In this document: positions 10,112 through 18,871 of the stretch, in pieces
How positions within the stretch are numbered: the stretch's first letter is position 1
Layout of the letters: every line of letters begins with the position of its first letter
NCBI GenBank assembly: GCA_965279525.1
Contig: CBDIIB010000003.1
Span: 256,001 to 320,000, forward strand
Direction: 5' to 3'
Source of the DNA: Tagaea sp.
GTDB lineage: Bacteria; Pseudomonadota; Alphaproteobacteria; CACIAM-22H2
Length of the DNA: 64,000 nt
Position numbers and translations under genes: made by a program
The notes under the pieces: generated by a model
Seen by the model: the letters and a program-made list of their open reading frames with translations, nothing else
Told to the model about the DNA's origin: nothing
Database searches by the model: none

Positions 10112-11553
10112 GCCGGATGCGACCGCTGTTCGCCGCAGCGTTGGCGTTGGGTCTGGCGGCTTGCGACACGGCCGCACCCTATCTGCGCCCGGTCGTCGAC
10201 CTGCCGGCCCTGTTCCGCGGCCGTGCGCCGGCCGTTCCTGCCGCCACACCGGTCGTGGCGGAGGAAGCCGAGATCCGCCCGAGCGCCGACTGGTGGAAAA
10301 GCTTCGGCTCGGCCGAGCTCGACGAGCTGGTGGCCCAGGCGCAGTCGGCGAATTTCGATCTTGCCGCCGCGGCAGCGCGCATCCGCCAGGCAATGGCGCA
10401 GACCGAGATCTCGGGTGCCGCGCAGTATCCGACGCTCGATCTATCCAGCGGTGCCTCGCGCCAGCAATCCGCCGCCAGCGGCACCACGTCGTCGACCACG
10501 GGCGCCACGCGGCGCCCCGTCTGGTCGAACCGCTTCGACGTGCAGCTTTCCACGAGCTACGAGATCGATTTCTGGGGCAAGAACCGCGCGGCGGCGGATG
10601 CCGCACAGGCCTCGCTTGTCGCCAGCCGGTACGATGCGGCGACGGTGGCGCTGACGACGGTCTCGAATGTCGCCAACACGTATTTCCAGATCCTCGGTCT
10701 CGCCGAACGGCTCGACTATGCGCGCCAGTCGCTGGCCGATGCCGAGGACATCCTGCTTGCCGTTCGCGCGCGCGAGGCCGTGGGAACCGCGAGCCTCATC
10801 GACATCGCCCCGCAGCTCAGCATCGTCGAGGGGCAGCGTGCGGCCATCGCCTCGCTCGAACGCCAGCTTGCCCAGCAGGGCGACGCGCTCGGCGTGCTGC
10901 TGGGCACCGCCCAGCGGCCGGCCATCGTCGCGATCCCGCTCACAGATCTCAAGGTGCCGGCCGTCGCCGCGGGCGTTCCCTCCGAGTTGCTCCGGCGCCG
11001 GCCGGACATCGCGACCGCGGAAGCAAGGCTCGTCGCGGCCGATGCCGACCTTCGCAACGCGATCGCGTCCCGCTTCCCGAGCCTCAGCCTCACCGGTGCG
11101 GCCGGCTTCCAGTCGTCCGATCTTTCGCGGATTTTCGATCCCATGTCGCAGATCTTCTCGATCGCGGCCTCGCTGACGGCGCCGATCTTCGCCGGCGGCC
11201 GGCTCGAAGGGCAGGAGAAGCTGCAGCGTGCGCGCTTCGAGGAGCTGGCGGCCACCTACCAGAAGGCGGTCGTGCAGGCGTTCGCCGACGTCGAGACCGC
11301 GCTGTCGGGAACGCGACGCACGCGCGAACAGCTCGAAGCACAGGTCGCTTCCACGGCCGCCTCGCGCATCGCCTTCGATGCCGCACAGGCGCAATACCGG
11401 GTGGGTTCGATCGATTCGGTCACGCTGCGCGATACCGAACGCAGCTATTTCACCGCCCTGGACGCGCTGGCGCAGGCGCGGCTCGGCTATTATCAGGCGC
11501 TGATTTCGCTGTTCCAGGCGCTGGGCGGCGGTTGGGAAGTTCCGGGGGAATAG
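10108..11553 (+). CDS. Efflux outer-membrane factor lipoprotein (NodT/OprM family)
   Basis: Lipobox LAAC, WWKSFG, SYEIDFWG, PSELLRRRPDI, LFQALGGGW. Confidence 0.92.
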   Translation: MSRMRPLFAAALALGLAACDTAAPYLRPVVDLPALFRGRAPAVPAATPVVAEEAEIRPSADWWKSFGSAELDELVAQAQSANFDLAAAAARIRQAMAQTEISGAAQYPTLDLSSGASRQQSAASGTTSSTTGATRRPVWSNRFDVQLSTSYEIDFWGKNRAAADAAQASLVASRYDAATVALTTVSNVANTYFQILGLAERLDYARQSLADAEDILLAVRAREAVGTASLIDIAPQLSIVEGQRAAIASLERQLAQQGDALGVLLGTAQRPAIVAIPLTDLKVPAVAAGVPSELLRRRPDIATAEARLVAADADLRNAIASRFPSLSLTGAAGFQSSDLSRIFDPMSQIFSIAASLTAPIFAGGRLEGQEKLQRARFEELAATYQKAVVQAFADVETALSGTRRTREQLEAQVASTAASRIAFDAAQAQYRVGSIDSVTLRDTERSYFTALDALAQARLGYYQALISLFQALGGGWEVPGE

Positions 11554-11615
11554 CCCACGCCGGATCGCCGTTGTCGCGTACGGGGACGTCCATCCGCCCG
11601 AACCGGAGGCTTTCC

Positions 11616-12140
11616 ATGAAAACAGCCGTACCCATGCTTGCCGTCGGCACCCTGCTGTGGCTCGCCGCACCGGTCCAGGCCCAGGACATCGGAACGGCAG
11701 GTCAGGACGCGCTGGAGCGGGCGCGCTCGGGCACCGTCGTGCAGTGGCGCAATCCCGACGACGGAATCGGCGGCACGTTCGTGCCCAAGCCCGCCTTCCA
11801 GGATTCGTCGGGCCGGATCTGCCGTGAGTTCAACCAGACCGTCCTGATCGGCAACCGCCAGCAGGAAGCCTGGGGCACGGCGTGCCGGCAGTCGGACGGT
11901 TCGTGGAAGCTCCAGCGCGCCGACGTCGCCGACGTGCCGCAAGTGCGCTACGAGTCGCCGACACCGGTCTATGTGCCGGCCCCGGTTTACGCGCCGGCCC
12001 CGGTCTACGTGCCGGCACCGCGCGTGATCTATTATCCGCAGCCCCACTATTATCCGCGCCCTTACTACGGCTCGTCGATCCATATCGGCATCGGCAGCGG
12101 ACATCGCCGCCACCATCACCACCATCGCCGGCACTGGTAG
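11616..12140 (+). CDS. Exported protein with RT0821/Lpp0805 (17 kDa surface antigen-like) domain, Pro/Tyr-rich linker and His/Arg tail
   Basis: GGAGG RBS; signal peptide ending VQA; ALE...WRNPD...CREF...GTACRQSDGSW pattern; ends GHRRHHHHHRRHW. Confidence 0.8.
   Translation: MKTAVPMLAVGTLLWLAAPVQAQDIGTAGQDALERARSGTVVQWRNPDDGIGGTFVPKPAFQDSSGRICREFNQTVLIGNRQQEAWGTACRQSDGSWKLQRADVADVPQVRYESPTPVYVPAPVYAPAPVYVPAPRVIYYPQPHYYPRPYYGSSIHIGIGSGHRRHHHHHRRHW
11964..12017 (+). repeat. 3 x 18 bp in-frame tandem repeat encoding PVY(V/A)PA
   Basis: ccggtctatgtgccggcc / ccggtttacgcgccggcc / ccggtctacgtgccggca. Confidence 0.85.
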
Positions 12141-12143
12141 CGT

Positions 12144-13481
12144 TCAGGCTTCGGCGAGGGCCGCGTCGATCGCGTCGCCCAGCGTTGCCGCCGCGAACGC
12201 GATTTCATCCGGCGTCGACACGTAAGGCGGGGCGAGAAGTACATGATCGCCCGCCTTGCCGTCGATGGTCCCGCCCATCGGATAGCAGAGCAGGCCGCGC
12301 GCGAAGGCCTGCTTCTTGATTTTCACGTGGAGCTTGCGAGCCGGATCGAACGGCGCCTTGGTCGACCGGTCGGCGACAAGCTCCACCGACCAGAACAGGC
12401 CCCGCCCGCGGATGTCGCCGACATGCGCGTGGTTGCCCAGGCGCTCGACAAGGGCCGCTTCGAGCTCGGCGCCGCGCACCTTGACCGCACCGAGCAGCTT
12501 TTCGTCGCGGATCGTCTCCTGCACGGCAAGGGCCGCCGCACACGCCATCGGATGGCCCAGATAGGTATGGCCGTGCAGGAACGAACCCGAGCCGTTCTCG
12601 ATCGCCGCGACCACGCCTGGTGCGATCAGGATGGCGCCGATCGGCTGGGCACCGCCGCCCAGCCCCTTGGCGATCGCGACGATGTCGGGCTGCACGTTCT
12701 CGCTCTCGTAGGCGAACAGCGTGCCGCAGCGCCCCATGCCGCACATGACCTCGTCGAGGACCAGCAGGATGCCGTGCTTCTTGCAGATCGCGTCGACGCG
12801 CGCGAGATAGCCCGGAACGGGCGGCGCGCAGCCTTGCGTGGCGCCGCCGACGGTCTCGGCGACGAACGCGATGATTTTCGCCGGCCCCAGCCGCTCGAAG
12901 GTCGCCTCGATCTCGGCGGCGAGGCGTGCCCCATAGGCTTCCTCGCTCTCGTCCGGCCGACGGTCGCGATAGGGATAGCAAGGTGACACCAGCTCGGTTT
13001 CGGCCAGCAGCGGGGCGAACATCGCGCGCCGCCACGCGTTGCCGCCCACGCCAAGTGCCCCCAGCGTGTTGCCGTGATAGCTCTGCCGGCGGGCGACGAA
13101 CTTCGTGCGCTGCGGCTCGCCCTTCTCGACGAAATACTGGCGCGCGAGCTTCAGGGCCGCCTCCATTGCCTCCGACCCGCCCGACACGAAATAGGCTTTC
13201 GCCATCTGCGTGGGTGCCGATTCCACCAGCAGATCGGCAAGCTTTTCCATCGGCCCGTTCGTGAAGAACGACGTGTGCGCGTAGTCGAGCGTGTCGAGCT
13301 GCGCACGCAGGGCCGCGACGACCCGCGGATGGTTGTGCCCGAGACAGCTGACGGCCGCGCCGCCCGAGCCGTCGAAATACCGCCGGCCCGCCTCGTCGAT
13401 CAGGTAGTTGCCCTCGGCGCGCGCAGCCAGGGGCGGCGGATTGACGGCGCGGTGGAACACGCGCGACGGCTTGTTCAGCAT
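12144..13481 (-). CDS. Class III PLP-dependent aminotransferase
   Basis: SGGSEA, SYHGNT, LDEVMCGMGRCG, PDIVAIAKGLGGG (PLP lysine), HGHTYLGHP; AAAGGA RBS before MLNKPS. Confidence 0.92.
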   Translation of the reverse strand: MLNKPSRVFHRAVNPPPLAARAEGNYLIDEAGRRYFDGSGGAAVSCLGHNHPRVVAALRAQLDTLDYAHTSFFTNGPMEKLADLLVESAPTQMAKAYFVSGGSEAMEAALKLARQYFVEKGEPQRTKFVARRQSYHGNTLGALGVGGNAWRRAMFAPLLAETELVSPCYPYRDRRPDESEEAYGARLAAEIEATFERLGPAKIIAFVAETVGGATQGCAPPVPGYLARVDAICKKHGILLVLDEVMCGMGRCGTLFAYESENVQPDIVAIAKGLGGGAQPIGAILIAPGVVAAIENGSGSFLHGHTYLGHPMACAAALAVQETIRDEKLLGAVKVRGAELEAALVERLGNHAHVGDIRGRGLFWSVELVADRSTKAPFDPARKLHVKIKKQAFARGLLCYPMGGTIDGKAGDHVLLAPPYVSTPDEIAFAAATLGDAIDAALAEA

Positions 13482-13797
13482 GGGTGTGCGATCCTTTGGC
13501 AGCCGCCAAAGATAGGCGAAGGCGGGGGTGTGGCGCACGGAATTTGCTCCGGGCAGTCAGGCCGGGACGGATTCCCCGCTGCATCGGCAACCTGCCTGCG
13601 AAATTGAAGACCGGCGAACGACGGCGGCATTACTCACCATTGTCTAAATTGCCGTGCATCAGAGTTCCTGCTGGCGAACCCGACGTCGGCGGTGCGCTGA
13701 CCGCGTCCTTGCAAAGTCTTGTGGATATCCCGGCGGCGACGTGGGCCGCGCGCTGGATCGCCTATGCATCCGTCCAGCGGTATCGCCATTAATTGTG

Positions 13798-13816
13798 TGT
13801 TCCAGAAGTTGGAACA
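13798..13816. promoter_or_regulatory. Perfect inverted repeat TGTTCCA-N5-TGGAACA, candidate operator or RNA stem
   Basis: Seen directly, 38 bp upstream of ATG 13855; function inferred. Confidence 0.45.
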
Positions 13817-13854
13817 GCCATTCGAATGCCACCGCAAAATATACGGAGGGAAAC

Positions 13855-14553
13855 ATGCTGTCGATCAACGACGTGCTTCAGTGCCGGAACTATGTCGCCG
13901 ACCAGATCCACTATCTGGCCGGCATCGGGCTGCGCCTGACGGTCAACGCGCATCTGGCGGAGTGGGCCGAGTTCCTCAAGACGGCACCGGAGAATATCGG
14001 CGTCAACCCGGCCTACGACCCGGCGTTCTGCGACCTGCATCCGGGCAACAGCTTCTGGCTGTCGCTCAACGACACGAATGGCGACGTCGTGGCCACGCTC
14101 GCGCACAAGTATCTCGTCTCGGAGAACTATCTTGCCGCATTCGTCGGAAACCGGATGTGGTGGGGCCGCCATCCCAAGCTCGAAAGCACGACCGAATGGT
14201 CGCCCGAACTGCTGGGCTCGAACCTGCTGATCGCCGGGCGCATCGGCCATCATGGCGGCCTGTGGATCCATCCGTCGTGGCGCAAGCACGGGCTGGCGGG
14301 GCGCGTGATGCGGATCTGCCGGGCGGTGGCGTTGCCGCATTTCGAGCTCGACTGGATGGTCGGAACGGTCTTCCAGAATCTCTACGAGAAGCAGTACCCC
14401 ACGCGCATCTACGGCTACGCGGGCACGCTCAAGGTCGTCAGCGGCTTCTTCGAGGAGACGCAGACCAAGGAGACCGTCTATCTGGAATACATCTCGCGGG
14501 GCGAGATGCTGCGCCAGTTCGCGACGACTTCAAGCCAGCCTGTCACGGCTTGA
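13855..14553 (+). CDS. Hypothetical protein with probable GNAT-fold acyltransferase motif
   Basis: GGAGGG RBS, GC3-biased codons; GGLWIHPSWRKHGLAG resembles GNAT acyl-CoA-binding motif A. Confidence 0.65.
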   Translation: MLSINDVLQCRNYVADQIHYLAGIGLRLTVNAHLAEWAEFLKTAPENIGVNPAYDPAFCDLHPGNSFWLSLNDTNGDVVATLAHKYLVSENYLAAFVGNRMWWGRHPKLESTTEWSPELLGSNLLIAGRIGHHGGLWIHPSWRKHGLAGRVMRICRAVALPHFELDWMVGTVFQNLYEKQYPTRIYGYAGTLKVVSGFFEETQTKETVYLEYISRGEMLRQFATTSSQPVTA

Positions 14554-14563
14554 GGCCAGCCTG

Positions 14564-15109
14564 CTAAGGCTTGAGGTACGCGAGACTCTCGTAGAGGGCG
14601 GGCTTCTTGTAGACGACGGACGACACGAGATGGTCGATGCTCCCGCTGTCCAGCGACAGCGGGAGCAGCAGGCGGTACATGTCGCGTTGCTCGCCGTCGA
14701 CGGTCCAGGTGATCTCCTGGAAATTCGGCACGCCCGTCACCTTGCAGGTCAGGTACTCGGCCTGGACCCACTTCGACAGGACCTTCGGCAGGTCCTTGAC
14801 CAACACGTCGCGGGTGTACTTGCTGCCGGAAATGAGATGGCTGCCCCACAGCTTCGAGCGGAACAGGCCGGGATCGTCAGCCGTCACGTCGACAAGCGTG
14901 GTGAAGCCGATGTTGCGGGTCTCTGCCAGCGTCTCGAACAGGACCGCACGATCGAGTTTGGGGTGGCGCAGCTTCGCGTGCCACGCGTCCAGCAGCACGG
15001 CCAACCGGTGCGCCTGCGGGAACATGTCCGGCCGCTTGTGCGACCACCGCTGGATGTGATCCGCCTTGCAGGTGAACGTGATGTCGTCGTCTTCGAGGAG
15101 CGCAACCAT
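14564..15109 (-). CDS. Stand-alone PAS-like protein (PAS_5/DUF1457-like)
   Basis: GGAAGGA RBS; LLDAWHAK...TTLVDV...FRSKLWGS...YRLLLPLSLDSGSIDHL resembles PAS_5 family pattern; no output domain. Confidence 0.55.
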   Translation of the reverse strand: MVALLEDDDITFTCKADHIQRWSHKRPDMFPQAHRLAVLLDAWHAKLRHPKLDRAVLFETLAETRNIGFTTLVDVTADDPGLFRSKLWGSHLISGSKYTRDVLVKDLPKVLSKWVQAEYLTCKVTGVPNFQEITWTVDGEQRDMYRLLLPLSLDSGSIDHLVSSVVYKKPALYESLAYLKP

Positions 15110-15247
15110 GCCGGTCCTTCCGTCGCCGCCCGCGACAAGATGTCCGAATGATGGCGATCCTACCCCGAAAACGCGCGTCGTGACAATTGCAGGCGGTCTT
15201 CGGCGAAGGCAGTTCCCGGAATCGGAACGCTAAAGTCGTAAATAAGA

Positions 15248-15892
15248 CTAACGAATATTTTGGACGGCTCCGCCAAGCAAATTTGACGGTGCGATTTCGG
15301 GTAGGGGCGTATCGCTTGTGGTTTCGGCGATTTCCGGCAACCATCCATTGCGTTCGATCTCGCACCCCAAGGCGTCACGGATCTCGCCATGCGTGAGGCC
15401 GCGGCGACGCCAGGTGCGCCTTTTCGTCTCGAGAAGGCTGAGGCGGATCGCCCACACCGTCCCGAACATGCGCCCGAGATAGGCGGCGAGCACGCTTGCA
15501 AGTCCGGGGGCAAGCCCGCCGGTCGACACGGTCAGCGTCAAAGCACCGCGCCGCACGACGGCCGGCGTGTGGAAGTCGCACAGGTCCGTCACGTCCTCGA
15601 CATTGACGAGCTTGCCGGCCGCGCGCGCGCGCACGGCGAGTGCGGCGGCATCTTCCGCCGCGAGGTCGGCCGCGTAGACGAGATCGAATGCGGCGAGATC
15701 GACGCCTGCCGGATCGGCGATCCGCAGGGTCGCACCGGCTGCCGCGACGAGCCCGGCATCCGGCGTGCTTGCGAACACCGCGATGTCGCGCGCACCGCCC
15801 TCGCGCAGCAGGGCGAGGCGGCGCACCGCGCGCGGACCTTCGCCGAACAGGGCGATGCTGAGGCGGGTGGCGTCGAGGACGATCGGGAGCAT
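15248..15892 (-). CDS. cysG: Precorrin-2 dehydrogenase/sirohydrochlorin ferrochelatase (CysG N-terminal module only)
   Basis: MLPIVLD start, LVNVEDVTDLCDFHTPAVVRRGALTLTVSTGGLAPGLA; no methyltransferase domain. Confidence 0.8.
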   Translation of the reverse strand: MLPIVLDATRLSIALFGEGPRAVRRLALLREGGARDIAVFASTPDAGLVAAAGATLRIADPAGVDLAAFDLVYAADLAAEDAAALAVRARAAGKLVNVEDVTDLCDFHTPAVVRRGALTLTVSTGGLAPGLASVLAAYLGRMFGTVWAIRLSLLETKRRTWRRRGLTHGEIRDALGCEIERNGWLPEIAETTSDTPLPEIAPSNLLGGAVQNIR

Positions 15893-16000
15893 GGGGTGGA
15901 ATATCCGCCCGGCGGGCGGGGCAGGGAACTGAGGAAAACTTGAACTGCACGCAAGAAGTTCTGATTCGGCGCGATCGGCGGGCGGGCCTAATGATGGCGC

Positions 16001-16528
16001 ATGCAGATCCTCGCCGAACGCACCCGCACCCCGTTTCCGGCCGCCCCGCTTCTTGCTGCCGAGATCTTCTCCGCCGACGAGATCGGCTGGGTGGGGGCAG
16101 ATGCCGACGTGCAGGCCGTGCTGCTTGGCACGACGACCGGGCCGCTGGCGGCAGCACACGCGCGCATCGCGTCGCTCGGCCGGATCGCCGCACATCCGCG
16201 GCTGGTGCGCGCGGTCGAAGCGCGCCTCGGCGGTGTTGCCGCGATCGCGCAGTCGGCCTATTGGCGCACTTGGGACGGCACGCAGGCCCTGATCGCCGAC
16301 GGCGAGGGTCAGGTGGCGCTCGTGTTCCTCGGCTGGCGCGGGCGCGTCGGCGGCACGGCCGCCACGCTCGGCGGCGTGCTGCTCCTCGATGCGGCACAGG
16401 CGGCCGGCCTGTCGGCCGAAGACGGCGCGCTTGCCGGCCCGTTTCTCGTCGTGCGCTACGCCGGCGAAGGGGGCGTGATCCCGGTCCTCGCCGACGATTG
16501 CCTGTGGCCGTCGGCCTGGTGCGTATAG
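16001..16528 (+). CDS. Hypothetical protein (175 aa)
   Basis: Strong GC3 codon bias in this frame, fills the gap between cys genes; no recognised motif, start uncertain. Confidence 0.55.
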   Translation: MQILAERTRTPFPAAPLLAAEIFSADEIGWVGADADVQAVLLGTTTGPLAAAHARIASLGRIAAHPRLVRAVEARLGGVAAIAQSAYWRTWDGTQALIADGEGQVALVFLGWRGRVGGTAATLGGVLLLDAAQAAGLSAEDGALAGPFLVVRYAGEGGVIPVLADDCLWPSAWCV

Positions 16529-16571
16529 GTTATTGTTCTTGACAACCTGAACGCGTTCCTTCACTTTCCAG

Positions 16572-16690
16572 ACAGCGAAAGCGTGCTGTTTGACAAGTGA
16601 ATATGCAACGTAACGCCAGATGCAGTTCTGGTTACATGCAAGCCAAATCAAGGGGATAAACAGGTTACCGTAACCAGTGGTAACCTATTG
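16572..16690 (+). ncRNA. Candidate small RNA in convergent intergenic gap
   Basis: TTGACA(16539)-17 bp-CACTTT upstream, 5' stem ACAGC/GCTGT, 3' inverted repeat AGGTTACC-N9-GGTAACCT; purely inferred. Confidence 0.2.
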
Positions 16691-17218
16691 GGCCGCGATT
16701 TTTTCCGATAGACGCTGCCAGCTTCGCAGGCCGCCGGCACTCTCGGCCGCTTCGTTCGATGCCGGCTGATAGTGACGATGCACGCCGACAATGTTTCCGG
16801 CCTTGAGGGCCGCCACCGTGCCGGCGTGCGCGATCGCCAGCGCATCGAAGCCCGCGCGAAGCATGAACAGCACCTGGTCGCGCAGAACGTCGCCCGCCGC
16901 GCGCAGTTCGCCGCGATAGCCCAACCGGTCGCGCAGGATGCGCGCGGTCGAATAGTTCCTGCCGTCGGCATAGCGCCCGAAGCGCAGCACGATCAGCCCG
17001 AAGCGCTGCACGTCGTCCTCGATGTCGGCAAGGCTCTCGCCGGATTCGAGCACGATGCCGATGGCGCCGTTGCGCCCGGCAAGTGCGGCGCGCTCGGCAA
17101 GGAAGCGGGCCTTGGGCAGTGCCACTTTGCCGTCGGCGGGCACCGGTTCGCCGTCGGCGGGGAAGGCCCAGTCGTCGGCCGCGAACGCGCCGTTGCGGTA
17201 GAGCTCAGGCGTCGGCAT
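16685..17218 (-). CDS. DUF934 domain protein (sulfite reductase-associated)
   Basis: DGRNYSTARILRDRLGYRGELRAAGDVLRDQVLFMLRAGFD, HYQP; overlaps cysI stop. Confidence 0.9.
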   Translation of the reverse strand: MPTPELYRNGAFAADDWAFPADGEPVPADGKVALPKARFLAERAALAGRNGAIGIVLESGESLADIEDDVQRFGLIVLRFGRYADGRNYSTARILRDRLGYRGELRAAGDVLRDQVLFMLRAGFDALAIAHAGTVAALKAGNIVGVHRHYQPASNEAAESAGGLRSWQRLSEKIAAQ

Positions 17219-18863
17219 AGAGCGCTTCCTGGAACGGCTTCAGGCCGACGCGGCGATAGGCGGCAAGGAACGTCTCGGCCGGATCGCGGCGCAGCGCCAG
17301 ATACGCGTCGACGACCTGCTCGACCGCATCGACGATCCGGTCGGCCGGGAAGCCGGGGCCGACGATTTCGCCGATGGCGCAGGTCTCGTCGCCCGAGCCG
17401 CCGAGCGTGATCTGGTAGAACTCCTCGCCCTTGCGGTCGACGCCGAGGATGCCGATATGGCCGACATGGTGGTGGCCACACGCGTTGATGCAGCCCGAGA
17501 TCTTGACCTTGAGCTCGCCGATGTCGTGCTGGCGCGAAAGGTCGGCGAAGCGCTCGGAGATGCGCTGGGCGACCGGGATCGAGCGGGCGTTGGCGAGCGC
17601 GCAGTAATCCAGCCCCGGGCACGCGATGATGTCGGTGACGAGGCCCGCGTTGGCCGTGGCGAGGCCCGCTTTGGTCAACAGGGTAAACATTTCTGGCAGG
17701 TCGTCGAGCCGTACGTGCGGCAGCACCAGGTTCTGCTCGTGGCTGACGCGCAGCTCGTCGAACGAGAAGCGCTCGGCGATGTCGGCGATCGCGTCCATCT
17801 GCGCCGACGTGGCGTCGCCGGGCGGGGCGCCGATCGGCTTCAGCGACACGGTCACGACGGCGTAGCCCGGCTGCTTGTGGGCCGACACGTTGCGCAGGAC
17901 GAAGCGCGCGAGGTCGGCGTCGGTCTTCGCCGCCGCGTCGAGCCTGGCCGAGCGCGCCGGCAGGTCGGCATAGGCGGGTGGGGCGAAATAGGCGGCGATG
18001 CGCGCGATCTCGGCCGCCGGCAGGTCGAGCGTCTTGCCCTGCAGGCCCGCGAACTCGGTCTCGATCGCGTCGGCTATCTCCTCGGTGCCCTTCTCGTGGA
18101 CGAGGATCTTGATGCGCGCCTTGTACTTGTTGTCGCGCCGTCCTTCGAGATTGTAGACCCGCAGGATCGCCTCGCAGTAGGCGAGCAGGTCCGCTTCGGG
18201 CAGGAAATCGCGCAGCTTCTTGGCGATCATCGGCGTGCGGCCCTGGCCGCCGCCGACCCACACCGCGAAGCCGATGTTTCCCTTCGCGTCGCGCTTGGCT
18301 TCCAGTCCGATGTCGTGCACCTGGATCGCCGCGCGATCATTGGGGGCACCCGTCACGGCAAGCTTGAACTTGCGTGGCAGGAACGTGAACTCGGGATGCA
18401 GCGACGACCATTGCCGCAGGATCTCGGCATAGGGGCGCGGATCGACCGTCTCGTCGGCCGCGGCCCCCGCGAAATGGTCGGCCGTGACGTTGCGGATGCA
18501 GTTGCCCGAAGTCTGGATCGCATGCATCTCGACTTCGGCCAGTTCCTCGAGGATCGCCGGCATGTCGGCAAGCTTGATCCAGTTGAACTGCAGGTTCTGG
18601 CGCGTCGTGAAGTGGCCATAGTCGCGGTCGTATTTGCGCGCGATGTGGGCGAGCTTGCGCATCTGCCGGCCCGACAGGACACCGTAGGGGATCGCGACGC
18701 GCAGCATGTAGGCGTGGAGCTGCAGATAGACGCCGTTCATCAGCCGCAGCGGCTTGAACTGGTCTTCCGTCATCTCGCCTGACAGGCGGCGCTGGACCTG
18801 GTCGCGGAACTCGGCCACGCGCTCGCGCACGAAGCCGAGATCGAACTCGTCGTACCGGTACAT
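17205..18863 (-). CDS. cysI: Nitrite/sulfite reductase hemoprotein
   Basis: MYRYDEFD start, HFTTRQNLQ, LPRKFK, siroheme/4Fe-4S ligands CPGLDYC and GCINACG. Confidence 0.93.
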   Translation of the reverse strand: MYRYDEFDLGFVRERVAEFRDQVQRRLSGEMTEDQFKPLRLMNGVYLQLHAYMLRVAIPYGVLSGRQMRKLAHIARKYDRDYGHFTTRQNLQFNWIKLADMPAILEELAEVEMHAIQTSGNCIRNVTADHFAGAAADETVDPRPYAEILRQWSSLHPEFTFLPRKFKLAVTGAPNDRAAIQVHDIGLEAKRDAKGNIGFAVWVGGGQGRTPMIAKKLRDFLPEADLLAYCEAILRVYNLEGRRDNKYKARIKILVHEKGTEEIADAIETEFAGLQGKTLDLPAAEIARIAAYFAPPAYADLPARSARLDAAAKTDADLARFVLRNVSAHKQPGYAVVTVSLKPIGAPPGDATSAQMDAIADIAERFSFDELRVSHEQNLVLPHVRLDDLPEMFTLLTKAGLATANAGLVTDIIACPGLDYCALANARSIPVAQRISERFADLSRQHDIGELKVKISGCINACGHHHVGHIGILGVDRKGEEFYQITLGGSGDETCAIGEIVGPGFPADRIVDAVEQVVDAYLALRRDPAETFLAAYRRVGLKPFQEALYADA

Positions 18864-18871
18864 GCTGCTTC

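Noticed and set aside
3902-10606. Very long alternative-frame and antisense ORFs (991, 813, 1108 aa) over the RND genes
   Set aside because: Arg/Pro-rich translations without motifs, expected from stop-codon scarcity at high GC
13531-13547. Sigma-54-like TGGCGCACGGAATTTGC
   Set aside because: GG-to-GC spacing is 12 rather than the required 10
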